Shown piece after piece: positions 10,568-20,601 of a stretch of DNA of 64,000 nucleotides; positions within the stretch are counted from its first letter, which is position 1; each line of letters starts with the position of its first letter. The notes under the pieces were generated by a model that was not told the origin of the DNA, ran no database searches, and saw nothing but the letters and a program-made list of their open reading frames with translations. A program made the position numbers and the translations under genes. Origin of the DNA: Clostridia bacterium (GTDB taxonomy: Bacteria; Bacillota; Clostridia; Oscillospirales; CAG-272); NCBI GenBank assembly GCA_017628875.1, contig JAGBYG010000017.1, positions 14,622 to 78,621 of the forward strand, given 5' to 3'.

Positions 10568-12232
10568 TTACTTTCCAAGCACCACGATTTCATTCAATGC
10601 TACTGCAGCGTCGGATTTAACACAAATAACAACGTGATCCGCTTCAAACGTGTTCAAAAATTCAACAGTAAATGCGCTGCTTGGGAAAATAAATCCCTTA
10701 GCATCGTTAACGTATTGATCGTGAGCAAATTGAGCATATTGAACAACGTTTCCGTTGCCAAAATCAATATAAACGATTTCAGACAAGAGCTTTTCATAGT
10801 ATGCGCTGTTATAAACAGCAACTCCGCCTATTTCATAAGCTCTGTCAAATTTCAATTCAATAAAGGAGTAACCTGTGCCAAGAGAAACTTCTTTTTCTGC
10901 TTCTCCGGGCAAATTATAACAATCAACGATATAATTATCATTAATTGCATTGGCATTTGTAACGTTTTCGGATTTAACCTCTGCAAACGGAGCGATATTG
11001 TAATATCCGCTCAATTCTTCGGGAAGGGGCTGCACGGAATACGTAGGTCCGTTACAGAAAGGAACTCCGTTTTTATCAAAATGAAGATAATCAAAGGCAA
11101 AAGCGCGCTTTTCGTATCTTCCGCTTCCATCACGGTCCTGATGCGCGTGATAACCTATCATAATCTGATCACCAATGTTAAAGAAGCAATGGTGAGCAGT
11201 GCCCGAGGCAAATCCTGCCCATTGGCTATTAACGGTTGCATTACCCACGTTAGTTCCGGGATAACCCAAAAGCAAGTTAGTCCAAGTTCCACCCGACTGA
11301 TATGGCTTTTCAAAATTGCCAAGGGGAGAATCGGATACCGCATAGCAAACGTTGTAGAATTTATCCCAGCAACCGTTTACGGAGTAAGTCATATAATACT
11401 TTCCGTTTGATTTGATAATATACGGTGCTTCAACGATGGGCAAACCGCTTCTGTACATTTCCCAAGTGAGTGGCTTCAATATGGAGTTTGTGGAATTCAA
11501 CGCACCGGGAACCACTAATGATTTATAAGTGCTCCAATCTGCTTCATAGGGGCTATTCAATTTAACGCCCACAATGTGCTGATTATCATTGGTTGCCACG
11601 CTATAATACATATACATCTGCTTGTCGTCGTCAACGAAAACAGTTATATCCAACACGTCAAAATTCTGGTTTTTGTCCAAGAAAATAGGTGTTGTCAAGC
11701 CGTCAACCTTATCATTTTGCAAAGGTCTGTAAGGACCAAGAGGAGCATCAGCCACTACAACGCTGTTGCGACGCATTCCGTCTGCATCCTTTGCGCTGTA
11801 ATACATATAATAAACTCCGTCAAAGCAGTAGAGTTCGGGAGCATAAATCTCCGCCTTTTCCGCTTCCCATCCTTCAAAATTTGCGGGATTGTAAATAGCG
11901 ATATGTCTTGTGTATGTAACAAAATCTTCTGTAACATAGCAGTCAATAACATTGTTATCTCTGTCACTTGTTCCTACTATGTAGTATTTTCCGTCCTCAA
12001 CGTAAACGTGGGGATCGGCAAGAGGAACATCCTTAAGATTGTTAACGTACCACATTGAGTCATCATACGTCAATCCATTACCATCATAAGTCAATGCGTG
12101 ATCAACATAGTCAACACCCTCAACCAAGCTTGATTCAACCGTTTCGGGATATTTGCTTTTTTCGTTCACGCAACCCGACAAAGCTGACAAGAGAATAACG
12201 GCTATCATTAAGATAGATATTTTTTTGCTCAT
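10568..12232 (-). CDS. Lipoprotein, glycoside hydrolase family 43 with C-terminal beta-sandwich (CBM/discoidin-like)
   Basis: Lipobox LLSALSGC. Five-bladed propeller motifs ADPHVYVEDGKYYIVGTS, IYAPELYCFDGVYYMYYS and VEAPYIIKSNGKYYMTYS. Confidence 0.85.
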   Translation of the reverse strand: MSKKISILMIAVILLSALSGCVNEKSKYPETVESSLVEGVDYVDHALTYDGNGLTYDDSMWYVNNLKDVPLADPHVYVEDGKYYIVGTSDRDNNVIDCYVTEDFVTYTRHIAIYNPANFEGWEAEKAEIYAPELYCFDGVYYMYYSAKDADGMRRNSVVVADAPLGPYRPLQNDKVDGLTTPIFLDKNQNFDVLDITVFVDDDKQMYMYYSVATNDNQHIVGVKLNSPYEADWSTYKSLVVPGALNSTNSILKPLTWEMYRSGLPIVEAPYIIKSNGKYYMTYSVNGCWDKFYNVCYAVSDSPLGNFEKPYQSGGTWTNLLLGYPGTNVGNATVNSQWAGFASGTAHHCFFNIGDQIMIGYHAHQDRDGSGRYEKRAFAFDYLHFDKNGVPFCNGPTYSVQPLPEELSGYYNIAPFAEVKSENVTNANAINDNYIVDCYNLPGEAEKEVSLGTGYSFIELKFDRAYEIGGVAVYNSAYYEKLLSEIVYIDFGNGNVVQYAQFAHDQYVNDAKGFIFPSSAFTVEFLNTFEADHVVICVKSDAAVALNEIVVLGK

Positions 12233-12260
12233 ATTTAAACCTCCAAATCTATCATAAATC

Positions 12261-14303
12261 TTAGATTCTATCTCCGCAACTGTCGTCGAAAATCAAAATC
12301 TTATCTTGATTCATTGCCAATTCAACGTCGGTATGAGGTTTAATCAATACGTTGGTTGAAATTTTTGCTATAATATTTGCATCTGCAAATTCAGAGTGAA
12401 TCAAAAGCTCGCTGCCAAGCAATTCAACGATATTGGATTTAACCATGAATTTTTCCGTCTTGTTTCCTGTAAATTCGGAATTCAAAACTATATCCTCAGG
12501 TCTTACACCAACTCTGATTGGATGCTTACCTGCCAATGCCTTTTCACATTTTGCCAAAAGATTTGAAGCAACTTCATAAAGATTGTTAATAAACTCAATA
12601 TCCGTAGAATTCAAATTGATATTGCTCTTAACGTTCTTCTTGTTGTTTTTCTTCTTGGGTTTTTGATAATACAAGGTATCATCAACCACAATTTCTTCCT
12701 TGCTGAATACCTGTGCATTGTGCAAAAGTCCAATATCTCTTGAAGGAATTTTTTCAAAGGTCAACAATGGCTCTCTAATCTTAAGCAACCACTTTTTATC
12801 AACCTTGGGATTACCGTTGTTCTCTGCTTTATATTGAGCTATCAAATTCTTAACCACTTCACTGCATTCAGTTCCTTCGATAATGCCAAGAACATCGTCA
12901 ACTGCCTTTTCCAATGCATATGCATCCTTTTGTGCTTCCAAGTTGAAAAGAATCTTGTCAAGCACCTTCAACGCGTGCATCTTTTTAAAGTCATCAGTAT
13001 CAAGCATTCTTCTAAGATCCTGAATTTTTGCTTCATAATATTTGTTATGGCGCTCAATATAATCCTCTGACAAAGAAATCTCATATCCATTCTTGAAAAT
13101 GAGTTTTCCGTTATCGTATTCCGCATCAAAAATATTCATCGCTGGCGAACCGATAAATGTCGCAACAAAGATGTTGTTAGGATTATAATAAATTTCCTGA
13201 GGTGTACCAATCTGCTGTACCCAACCCTTACTCATAACCACGATCTTTGTAGCCATCGTCATAGCTTCTGTCTGGTCGTGAGTAACGTAAATGGTTGTAG
13301 CTCCAATCTGCTCGTGAATTCTAACGATTTCACTACGCATCTGTACTCTAAGCTTTGCATCCAAGTTGGAAAGCGGTTCGTCCATCAAGAACAATTTTGC
13401 ATTTCTAACAATAGCGCGTCCCAAAGCAACACGCTGCATCTGTCCGCCTGACAATTCCTTGGGTCTTCTGTCAAGATAAGGGCCAAGATCCAAAATTTCA
13501 GCCGCCTCGAATACTCTTCTTCTTATTTCTTCATTGCTCATTTTCACGTAATGGTATTGAAGCTTACCGTCCTTCAAAAGACGATAATTTTCATCCATCG
13601 TGTATCCTTGAGAAGAAAGCTTATTTATTTCGCTTTCAATTTTTGCTTTCGCAGTATTTTTAATATTTTCGGGTGAAGCTGCCTTTGATTTACAAAGAAT
13701 CTTTGCCGCTTCATCACAAATTTTCATTTTTGTTGCAACATATTCAACCGTAGTGCCATAATTCAATGCCTTATCCTTCGCATTAGCAAATGCCTCTTTG
13801 AATTCGTCAATTCGATTATCCAAAACGTCAATAACTTGATTATACGCCTTAACAACGGTAGCTTCCATAGGCATTCTGAACTTGCGAGCGCGAAGCGGGA
13901 ATGCAATATTGTCAAATACCGTCATTTGAGGATACAACGCGTAATTCTGGAATACCATTGAAATATCGCGATCCTTACTACTTGTATAATTGGACAAAAC
14001 CTTGTCAATATATAAATAACCACTTGTAATATTTTCAAGTCCTGCAATCATACGCAAGGTGGTTGATTTACCGCAACCTGAGGGTCCAACCAAAACGATG
14101 AAATCATTTTCGGATATATCGATATTGAAATCATATACGGCTTGGACTCCGTTAGGATAAATTTTATTAATATCCTTCAAGGATACAAAAGCATCAACTT
14201 CATTGTTTGCTATTTTATATCCGCTTTTCTTTAATATTTTACCCGCGTCTTTAGCTGGTACTTGCATACCGCCATCAACGGGCTTATTATCTAAATTAGC
14301 CAT
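12261..14303 (-). CDS. Sugar ABC transporter ATP-binding protein (MalK/MsmX/UgpC type) with two large insertions, 680 aa
   Basis: Walker A GPSGCGKS, Q-loop MVFQNYALYP, signature LSGGQMQR, Walker B LFLMDEP, H-loop YVTHDQ. Extra segments at about residues 143-257 and 415-590. Confidence 0.9.
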   Translation of the reverse strand: MANLDNKPVDGGMQVPAKDAGKILKKSGYKIANNEVDAFVSLKDINKIYPNGVQAVYDFNIDISENDFIVLVGPSGCGKSTTLRMIAGLENITSGYLYIDKVLSNYTSSKDRDISMVFQNYALYPQMTVFDNIAFPLRARKFRMPMEATVVKAYNQVIDVLDNRIDEFKEAFANAKDKALNYGTTVEYVATKMKICDEAAKILCKSKAASPENIKNTAKAKIESEINKLSSQGYTMDENYRLLKDGKLQYHYVKMSNEEIRRRVFEAAEILDLGPYLDRRPKELSGGQMQRVALGRAIVRNAKLFLMDEPLSNLDAKLRVQMRSEIVRIHEQIGATTIYVTHDQTEAMTMATKIVVMSKGWVQQIGTPQEIYYNPNNIFVATFIGSPAMNIFDAEYDNGKLIFKNGYEISLSEDYIERHNKYYEAKIQDLRRMLDTDDFKKMHALKVLDKILFNLEAQKDAYALEKAVDDVLGIIEGTECSEVVKNLIAQYKAENNGNPKVDKKWLLKIREPLLTFEKIPSRDIGLLHNAQVFSKEEIVVDDTLYYQKPKKKNNKKNVKSNINLNSTDIEFINNLYEVASNLLAKCEKALAGKHPIRVGVRPEDIVLNSEFTGNKTEKFMVKSNIVELLGSELLIHSEFADANIIAKISTNVLIKPHTDVELAMNQDKILIFDDSCGDRI

Positions 14304-14318
14304 TTATTCCACTCCTTA

Positions 14319-15269
14319 TTATCCTTTGATTCCACTGCTTGACATACCCTCGATAATTTTGTCTTGGGCAATTATATACATAACCAATACAGGCAACAAG
14401 CAGATAACACCGCCCGCCAAAGCAGAGCCGATCAAATTACTTGTTTTTGAGTTGTTGATGATATATGCCATACCAACCTGCAAGGTCCACAAATCATTAT
14501 CCTTTGCACCATACAACATCTGGGGCCAGATGAGGTCGTTCCAACCGCCCATAAATCCGAACAATCCTTGAACGAACAAAACTGTCTTACCAAGCGGCAA
14601 CACGATTTTATAAAAAATCTTAAAATTGCTATATCCGTCCATTTTGGCAGATTCTATTAGATCCTTGGGAATTGACTCAAAGAATGTCTTTATAAGATAC
14701 ATTCCATATACGCCTCCAAGACCCGGAATAATAAGAGCCAAAAGAGATCTGTTAAGTCCCATAGAATAAACCATTGACTGATTACCAACGGCAGTTGCTG
14801 CACCGGGAATAATCATTGAAGCAATAATTCCTGCAAACAATACGTTGCGGTATTTGAAATCTATAAAGGTAAATGCATATGCCGCCAAGGAAGCAACAAA
14901 CAAGTAAAGAACTGTTCCGCCTATGGCAGAAAAGCAGCTGTTCAAAAACCATGTTCCGATTTTGTAATCCTGAACCGAGTTAACCTGTCCAATGCCCTCA
15001 GGGAGCTTTCCAAGAAGGAGCATTTCATAGTTTTCCAAGGTATATCCGCTGTGTGGATAGAATAATTCCTTCGGATAAAGCATCGTGTCCGAAAATCCTC
15101 TGAGCGATCCAAAGAACATAATAACGAATGGTGATAACCAAACTATGCAGAATATCAACAAAAACGCAAAGGAAATTACCTTGCCAATATTAACTTTTTT
15201 CTTTTCTCCAAATTCTTTCTGTTTACGAAAGCCAATATATTGTTCTAAAGTTATCTGATTTCGTGCCAT
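14319..15269 (-). CDS. Sugar ABC transporter permease (MalG-like)
   Basis: Six predicted TM segments. EAA-loop-like ESAKMDGYSNFKIFYKIVLP. Overlaps the upstream permease gene by 19 nt. Confidence 0.85.
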   Translation of the reverse strand: MARNQITLEQYIGFRKQKEFGEKKKVNIGKVISFAFLLIFCIVWLSPFVIMFFGSLRGFSDTMLYPKELFYPHSGYTLENYEMLLLGKLPEGIGQVNSVQDYKIGTWFLNSCFSAIGGTVLYLFVASLAAYAFTFIDFKYRNVLFAGIIASMIIPGAATAVGNQSMVYSMGLNRSLLALIIPGLGGVYGMYLIKTFFESIPKDLIESAKMDGYSNFKIFYKIVLPLGKTVLFVQGLFGFMGGWNDLIWPQMLYGAKDNDLWTLQVGMAYIINNSKTSNLIGSALAGGVICLLPVLVMYIIAQDKIIEGMSSSGIKG

Positions 15270-16318
15270 TTGTTATATGCCTCCGAGATTTTTGTGCCCG
15301 TTTTCTTTTCGCGAGTAAGGTACATTTGAATACCGGAAATAATACCCGCAAACAAAGCAAATACCAAGCTTGCCGCAGCACCAAGTCCATACAAGCTGGA
15401 TTTGAACTGCAAATTATTCGCTACCAAATCTTGAATGAAATACATTAACGTTGAGGTTTTACCGCCCGCGGGCATACTTGCTATAGCAGCTATTGAAGGT
15501 CCGCCGCCCGACAATACGTAGTTCTGACCATAAAGTCCAAGGTAACCGAGAATTGTTGTGAACAAGCACAAAACAAGCTGGGGTTTAATACCCGGAATAG
15601 TAACGTGCAGAATTTTGCGCCAAGTTGAGCAACCATCTATATCCGATGCTTCATAAAGATGCTTAGGTACGTTTTGAAGTCCCGCGCTCAAAATTATGAA
15701 GTTACCTCCCCAACCTCCCCATAAGCACATAAAGAAGATTGGAATCCACGCATAAGCTATTTCAACCGGTTGTCCGAACAGGTTAAATGAAAACCACGTA
15801 TCTATAAACCACATCGTATCTATTCCAAAGAACTCCGCCAATACACCGTGCTGTGATTTGGACATAAAGAGCAAAGTGAAGATAGTACCCGAAGCTGTCA
15901 GGGGAACGATTGAGGGCATATAGATCAACGCTCTAAATAATTTGAAGCCGGGAGGCTTCTGATTAACTAAAATTGCCAAGCCCAAAGGCAATAGAATTGC
16001 TATTGGAACCATTATCACTGAAAACATTATGGTATGCACAAACGCAAGCCAAAAACTGTTATATATACCGGGCATATATGATTTATCAAAAATCATCTTG
16101 AACCACATAAACGAGTTAAAGGTTTCTATGCCCGGTTTTCCATATTGAAAGTTTGTCAGTGAAATATAAATTCCATAAAATAGCGGTATTACAAAGAACG
16201 TAATAAATGCCGCTAAATACGGTAATAAAAATATGGCTGTTACTCCATATTTTTTGAACAATCCTATCCGTTTAGACCTTTGCTTAGCATATTCCTCTAA
16301 AACGATAGTTTTTGCCAT
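15251..16318 (-). CDS. Sugar ABC transporter permease (MalF-like)
   Basis: Polytopic membrane protein. EAA-loop-like EASDIDGCSTWRKILHVTIP. Confidence 0.85.
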   Translation of the reverse strand: MAKTIVLEEYAKQRSKRIGLFKKYGVTAIFLLPYLAAFITFFVIPLFYGIYISLTNFQYGKPGIETFNSFMWFKMIFDKSYMPGIYNSFWLAFVHTIMFSVIMVPIAILLPLGLAILVNQKPPGFKLFRALIYMPSIVPLTASGTIFTLLFMSKSQHGVLAEFFGIDTMWFIDTWFSFNLFGQPVEIAYAWIPIFFMCLWGGWGGNFIILSAGLQNVPKHLYEASDIDGCSTWRKILHVTIPGIKPQLVLCLFTTILGYLGLYGQNYVLSGGGPSIAAIASMPAGGKTSTLMYFIQDLVANNLQFKSSLYGLGAAASLVFALFAGIISGIQMYLTREKKTGTKISEAYNKWHEIR

Positions 16319-16336
16319 AAATATATTTCCTAAAAA

Positions 16337-17971
16337 TTATTTAATTCCCAATTTTAACAAATTAATTGCTTCCTGTGTTGATTGAGCTGTTGCCAAAAGA
16401 GTCTGTATAGCTTTATCCACTGTGCAACCATCTGCTGACAAAAGCTGTGCCTGAACGTCACCCACCGCAGTAGTGAGACCTGCAATCAATGTAGTAGCAT
16501 ATTTTGAGCTTTCAAGTGCGATAATTTCTGCGGGATCGCCCATTGCAGTCAACGTAATGCTCTTTTCTGCAGCTGCCTTATAGGAGTCTGACTCATAAAC
16601 GTTCTTCCAAGCAGGAAGGTGACCTGCCTTACACCAATCTGTAAGATTGTAGTCGCCACTGTCCTTCTGACCCTGAGTGAGCCACTCTGCAAAGATCAAC
16701 GCAGCCGCTGCCTTCTGCAAGCTTGTTACCTTCTTAGTAACTGTAATAACGTGTCCGTTGCCGTACCACTTAGAAGCAGTTTCAGCAGGAGCGCCTTCAG
16801 CTGCCATATAGTAAGGACGAGCTACTGTATAAGGATTTGTATATACGGGATCTGCCGCATCCTCTTCAGTAACACCGAGCTTGCCTGCAGTTGAGAGCTG
16901 CTTGTTGTTCCACCAAATATCGTATGTATTAGCAACCATCCAAGGACCTTCAGAGAACATAACAACCTGTCCTGTGGGGAAAGCAGCTTCCTTATTACCT
17001 GCATCACCATACAATCTTGCGTTGTAGCGTTCTACCAAGTCGGTAACATATTTTGTAAGTCCTTCGTTTTGTGCAAACGTAACATTGTCATTTGCGTCAG
17101 CAAGTGTGCCACCGTTTACGTACAATGCTGTCAAGTTATCACTTTCTTGTGAATGGAAGAATGCAGGATAGAAATTGCTAACAGTTGCCTGAGCAGCTGC
17201 ATCCAATTTAGCATTACCATCCTTCAACTGATACCAAGAGTGGTCCTGGTCAAGGTTAATATTTCTAACCCACAATTCACCGGAATTTGCTTTTGCTCTC
17301 AAGCCCTCAAGCAATGTTTGATATTCTTCATAGGACTGAGGAATAAAACGTGTATTGCCGTCAAAACCGAGGCCGTTCTTCTTGATGATGTCCTGTCTGA
17401 TCTGTGTCAAATATCCGTGTGCATCAACGGGGATACCGTAATGCTTGCCATCATACATAGTAGTTTTTTCAATGTTATCGTAAGCATTAGCAAAATCAAT
17501 GCCAACACCTGTCTTTTCAATCAATTCATCAAGGGGATAAAAATAACCCTTAAGTGCATATTCGATATTCTTTTCATTGTGCATAAAGCAAACGTCGGGG
17601 AAATTGCCGTAATCGTTTGCGTATGTGCTGTCAAGAGCATTGTAATAGTCGTAGTGACCAACGCTTGTAACCTTGATTTCGATCATACCAGCAAATTGCT
17701 TGTTGAATTCCTTAACCAAAGCCAACAAAGTTTCCTGGTCGGGCTGACCGATAACGCTCCACATATTGAGCTGAACATTTTCAAGAAGACTAACGTCAAA
17801 ATTGCCGTTTTCATCTCTGGGAAGGTCATCCACAATGCTATCTGTGTTGGTTGGATCATTCTTGTTGTCATTCTTGTTTTTATTACAACCAACCATAACA
17901 AGTGCCAACGTAGTGCTCATCAATGCAAGAACCATCAATAAGCTCAAAAATTTTAATACATTCTTTCTCAT
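16337..17971 (-). CDS. Extracellular solute-binding lipoprotein (family 1 sugar-binding protein)
   Basis: Lipobox LALVMVGC. Its size and position at the head of the permease/ATPase genes fit a solute-binding protein. Confidence 0.8.
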   Translation of the reverse strand: MRKNVLKFLSLLMVLALMSTTLALVMVGCNKNKNDNKNDPTNTDSIVDDLPRDENGNFDVSLLENVQLNMWSVIGQPDQETLLALVKEFNKQFAGMIEIKVTSVGHYDYYNALDSTYANDYGNFPDVCFMHNEKNIEYALKGYFYPLDELIEKTGVGIDFANAYDNIEKTTMYDGKHYGIPVDAHGYLTQIRQDIIKKNGLGFDGNTRFIPQSYEEYQTLLEGLRAKANSGELWVRNINLDQDHSWYQLKDGNAKLDAAAQATVSNFYPAFFHSQESDNLTALYVNGGTLADANDNVTFAQNEGLTKYVTDLVERYNARLYGDAGNKEAAFPTGQVVMFSEGPWMVANTYDIWWNNKQLSTAGKLGVTEEDAADPVYTNPYTVARPYYMAAEGAPAETASKWYGNGHVITVTKKVTSLQKAAAALIFAEWLTQGQKDSGDYNLTDWCKAGHLPAWKNVYESDSYKAAAEKSITLTAMGDPAEIIALESSKYATTLIAGLTTAVGDVQAQLLSADGCTVDKAIQTLLATAQSTQEAINLLKLGIK

Positions 17972-18000
17972 AAGAGATACCCTTTCTATTTTATGACCAA

Positions 18001-19200
18001 CTAGTCGCGTTCACCCTCATCAATGTAGTGAACGTCGACCACAACGTCATTAAAAATCAAATTAATCAAATTCTGCCTTCTAAAAGTAAATAAGCTAAAG
18101 GCATTTATTATTCCGCCGATAATTATAACGGCTAAAATCACCATTGCTAACGAAACGTTACAATCGGTGCTTACAGGCATAAACATCGCCTCATATCCAC
18201 CGTTAAATGGCGGGAAAAGATACAAAATGAATGAAACGGGAATAAACCCGAAGCACGAAATAACGGTTTTGATAAGCGGGACGTACCAAGCATTTGCCTC
18301 TCCGTCAACTCTTATTACACCCAAGCCAAACAATTTATATCCAAGGGTTTTTTCGTCCTTGAACAAATATTTTGGCACAATCAATACAACGAAGCACGCA
18401 ATAAAAATTGATACCAACAGCGTTATATTGGTATATCTTGCCTCAGAGCAATATGCTTCCTTGTAGTCTTTATAATGAGTTGAAAAATACGGCTCGCTCT
18501 TCAAAATAAGCATCTCCGCTTCTTCAAGCATATTTGCGTATGCATTGTGATAAGAACGATAATATGTCGCGCCCGTCTGTCCTATACTGTCCGACGAATC
18601 AATGAACAAATAGTGGAACAAATAGTAAGCAACCTGAGTATTTAAAACAGGCATTTCGCTCAGTTCCCTGTTAAACGAGAACATAAACGTCGCATCGTCA
18701 CCAAATGCCTTTTTATATATTTCAAACAAATCATCGCTCGTTTCAACGTCAATACTCGGGTTGTTTTTCAAGTATTGAGTGTAAAAGTATGCGATATTAT
18801 CATTTTCTACGGAGTGAATACCGTTTTTCATTACGTCGTGAGTTGAATCAAACGTAAAATCGGGCTGTTGATTATTACCAAAAACCTCATAGGACAAGCA
18901 AATTGCCCTATAAACATTTTTAAGCACGATAACGTCGCTCGTAACCCTTGCGCCGTCAATGTACTCAACAATATGAGTTTCTTTTGTTAATTGCTCATAG
19001 TAAGCGATTTCATCACTAACAGTACCTTTTGCGGCATTGTATGCCGATGTGTTTTGCGTGATTTGAAATAATCCCGAGAAAACAACACCGGCAATCAAAG
19101 CCACCAATACAAAATCTATCGCCCAGCAAACGAAACGTTTGCTTAATTTCGCGGGAGATGATCTTTTTAAAAGTTCTATATTGGAGTCAAAAATTCTCAC
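18001..19200 (-). CDS. RDD-family-like integral membrane protein with a large extracytoplasmic loop
   Basis: N-terminal FVCWAIDFVLVALIAGVVF (RDD-like) and C-terminal TM cluster. GTG start with GGAAGA RBS. Confidence 0.5.
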   Translation of the reverse strand: MRIFDSNIELLKRSSPAKLSKRFVCWAIDFVLVALIAGVVFSGLFQITQNTSAYNAAKGTVSDEIAYYEQLTKETHIVEYIDGARVTSDVIVLKNVYRAICLSYEVFGNNQQPDFTFDSTHDVMKNGIHSVENDNIAYFYTQYLKNNPSIDVETSDDLFEIYKKAFGDDATFMFSFNRELSEMPVLNTQVAYYLFHYLFIDSSDSIGQTGATYYRSYHNAYANMLEEAEMLILKSEPYFSTHYKDYKEAYCSEARYTNITLLVSIFIACFVVLIVPKYLFKDEKTLGYKLFGLGVIRVDGEANAWYVPLIKTVISCFGFIPVSFILYLFPPFNGGYEAMFMPVSTDCNVSLAMVILAVIIIGGIINAFSLFTFRRQNLINLIFNDVVVDVHYIDEGERD

Positions 19201-19205
19201 TTAAA

Positions 19206-20300
19206 TTAGTCTTCCAAAAATTCTGTGTAAACAGGCTCTGCAGGAATCTTCTTTGCAACCTCTGCAGAATCCTGAGTTGCAAGGTAGTTAGAGAATGTTG
19301 CGTCGCAGCTGAAGTGGTAGAATGCAACGTTGCTTGCAACAGGCTGTCCGTTCTCGTAAAGAACTTCCAATTCTGCGCTAAGCTGGAATGAACCCATATA
19401 GTTGTCATTTACATAAACGTGGAAGTTTGCGCCATCACGAGCAACACCGAGCTTAAACTTTGTGTCGAATGTGATTTTATTGTCGCCTGTATTCCAAGCG
19501 TAGTCGTGATGTCTAGCCAAAGAGTTTGTGATGCCTGCTTCCCAAGCCCAGTGTCCACCGGGAGCTACTTCAGCAACACCAAATTCGTTCCAATAGTTGT
19601 TATCTTCGCCTCTTACAAAGTTTCCGTTTTCATCAGTATAGTCGCCCAAACCGATAGAAGCGTTCAAGAAGAATGCTACCATTGTTTCAACACCCGCTTC
19701 ATTCTTGTTCTGAGCAACGATACCAATCTTAGGCCATCTGTCATCCCAGTTAACAGCGTGAAGCGTAATTTCTGTTTCAACGTACCACTGAGTAGAATAA
19801 ATGTCAGCAACATAATAGAAGTTTGTAACACCGGAGCTTGTTCTGAAGGAACCTGTTCCTGTTGCATCGTCCCATTCATTTGAGAAATCATCTTCAGAAG
19901 GAATCATAGACATTTCTCTGTCAATAAATACCTTTGATACAACAACGTCAAATGTGCAGGACTTTGTGGGGTCAACCTTTGATGTAACTGTAATAGTTGC
20001 AGTGCCGGAAGCTACTGCTTCTGCTCTTTTAGCATTGATTTTAACAATGTCAGGATTGCTTGATTCGTATGTACAAGCTCTCTGAGCTGCACTCAATGTT
20101 GATGTGCCCTTAATTTCATAAAAGTTTGTCAACAAAATTGATTCGCCAATTTTGAGAGTTGTTGATTTTTCTGTCGCAGTCAATGACGCGATTACGCTTT
20201 GGGGTTTAGTTTCTTCGGGTGTTTCATTGCAGCCGGTTACAACCAAGCACAACATGCAAGCCAAAAGAACTAATGATACAGCGGTAATTATTTTTTTCAT
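19206..20300 (-). CDS. Lipoprotein with Big_2 Ig-like domain and a LamG/CBM-like C-terminal domain
   Basis: Start moved to MKKIITAVSLVLLACMLCLVVTGC (ATG at 20300). Big_2-like ATITVTSKVDPTKSCTFDVVV. Confidence 0.6.
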   Translation of the reverse strand: MKKIITAVSLVLLACMLCLVVTGCNETPEETKPQSVIASLTATEKSTTLKIGESILLTNFYEIKGTSTLSAAQRACTYESSNPDIVKINAKRAEAVASGTATITVTSKVDPTKSCTFDVVVSKVFIDREMSMIPSEDDFSNEWDDATGTGSFRTSSGVTNFYYVADIYSTQWYVETEITLHAVNWDDRWPKIGIVAQNKNEAGVETMVAFFLNASIGLGDYTDENGNFVRGEDNNYWNEFGVAEVAPGGHWAWEAGITNSLARHHDYAWNTGDNKITFDTKFKLGVARDGANFHVYVNDNYMGSFQLSAELEVLYENGQPVASNVAFYHFSCDATFSNYLATQDSAEVAKKIPAEPVYTEFLED

Positions 20301-20311
20301 AATAACTACTC

Positions 20312-20337
20312 GATAATCAGTTGTACCTCTGATTATC
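20312..20337 (-). promoter_or_regulatory. Perfect 9-bp inverted repeat in the 5' leader of the locus-leading gene
   Basis: GATAATCAG (20312-20320) and CTGATTATC (20329-20337) flank an 8-nt loop, 12 nt upstream of the ATG at 20300. It could be an operator or a leader hairpin. Confidence 0.35.
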
Positions 20338-20542
20338 AATTCTCCTTTTTTATTATTTTTTTGACCGTGAGTACAACACAGTATTTGTCATATACATTTT
20401 ATCATATAATAAGGAACGAAAAAACCTTTTCAATTGCTCACTTGGGTGTAAAATATTCTCATTTTTACCCTATTTTCTCTAATTTGTATAATATTCACCT
20501 CTCTTTTTGTACATCTTCAACAAAATTTGGTTTTTAGACGCA

Positions 20543-20571
20543 TTGACAAAGATAAAAAAATGTGTTAGAAT
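20543..20571 (+). promoter_or_regulatory. SigA-type promoter of the AraC-family gene
   Basis: TTGACA (20543-20548), a 17-nt spacer ending in TGt, then TAGAAT (20566-20571). Confidence 0.55.
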
Positions 20572-20601
20572 GTTCCCAAGAAATGATGAAAGGGGTAAAA
20601 T

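Noticed and set aside
10634-11410. Long antisense ORFs in the track. Examples: 10634-11410 (+, 258 aa), 17153-17941 (+, 262 aa), 11576-12058 (+, 160 aa), 19419-19883 (+, 154 aa) and 53820-54290 (+, 156 aa).
   Set aside because: Each lies entirely inside a longer opposite-strand gene that has clear family motifs and an RBS. Their translations are low-complexity, Cys/Ile/Phe-rich shadow frames with no RBS.
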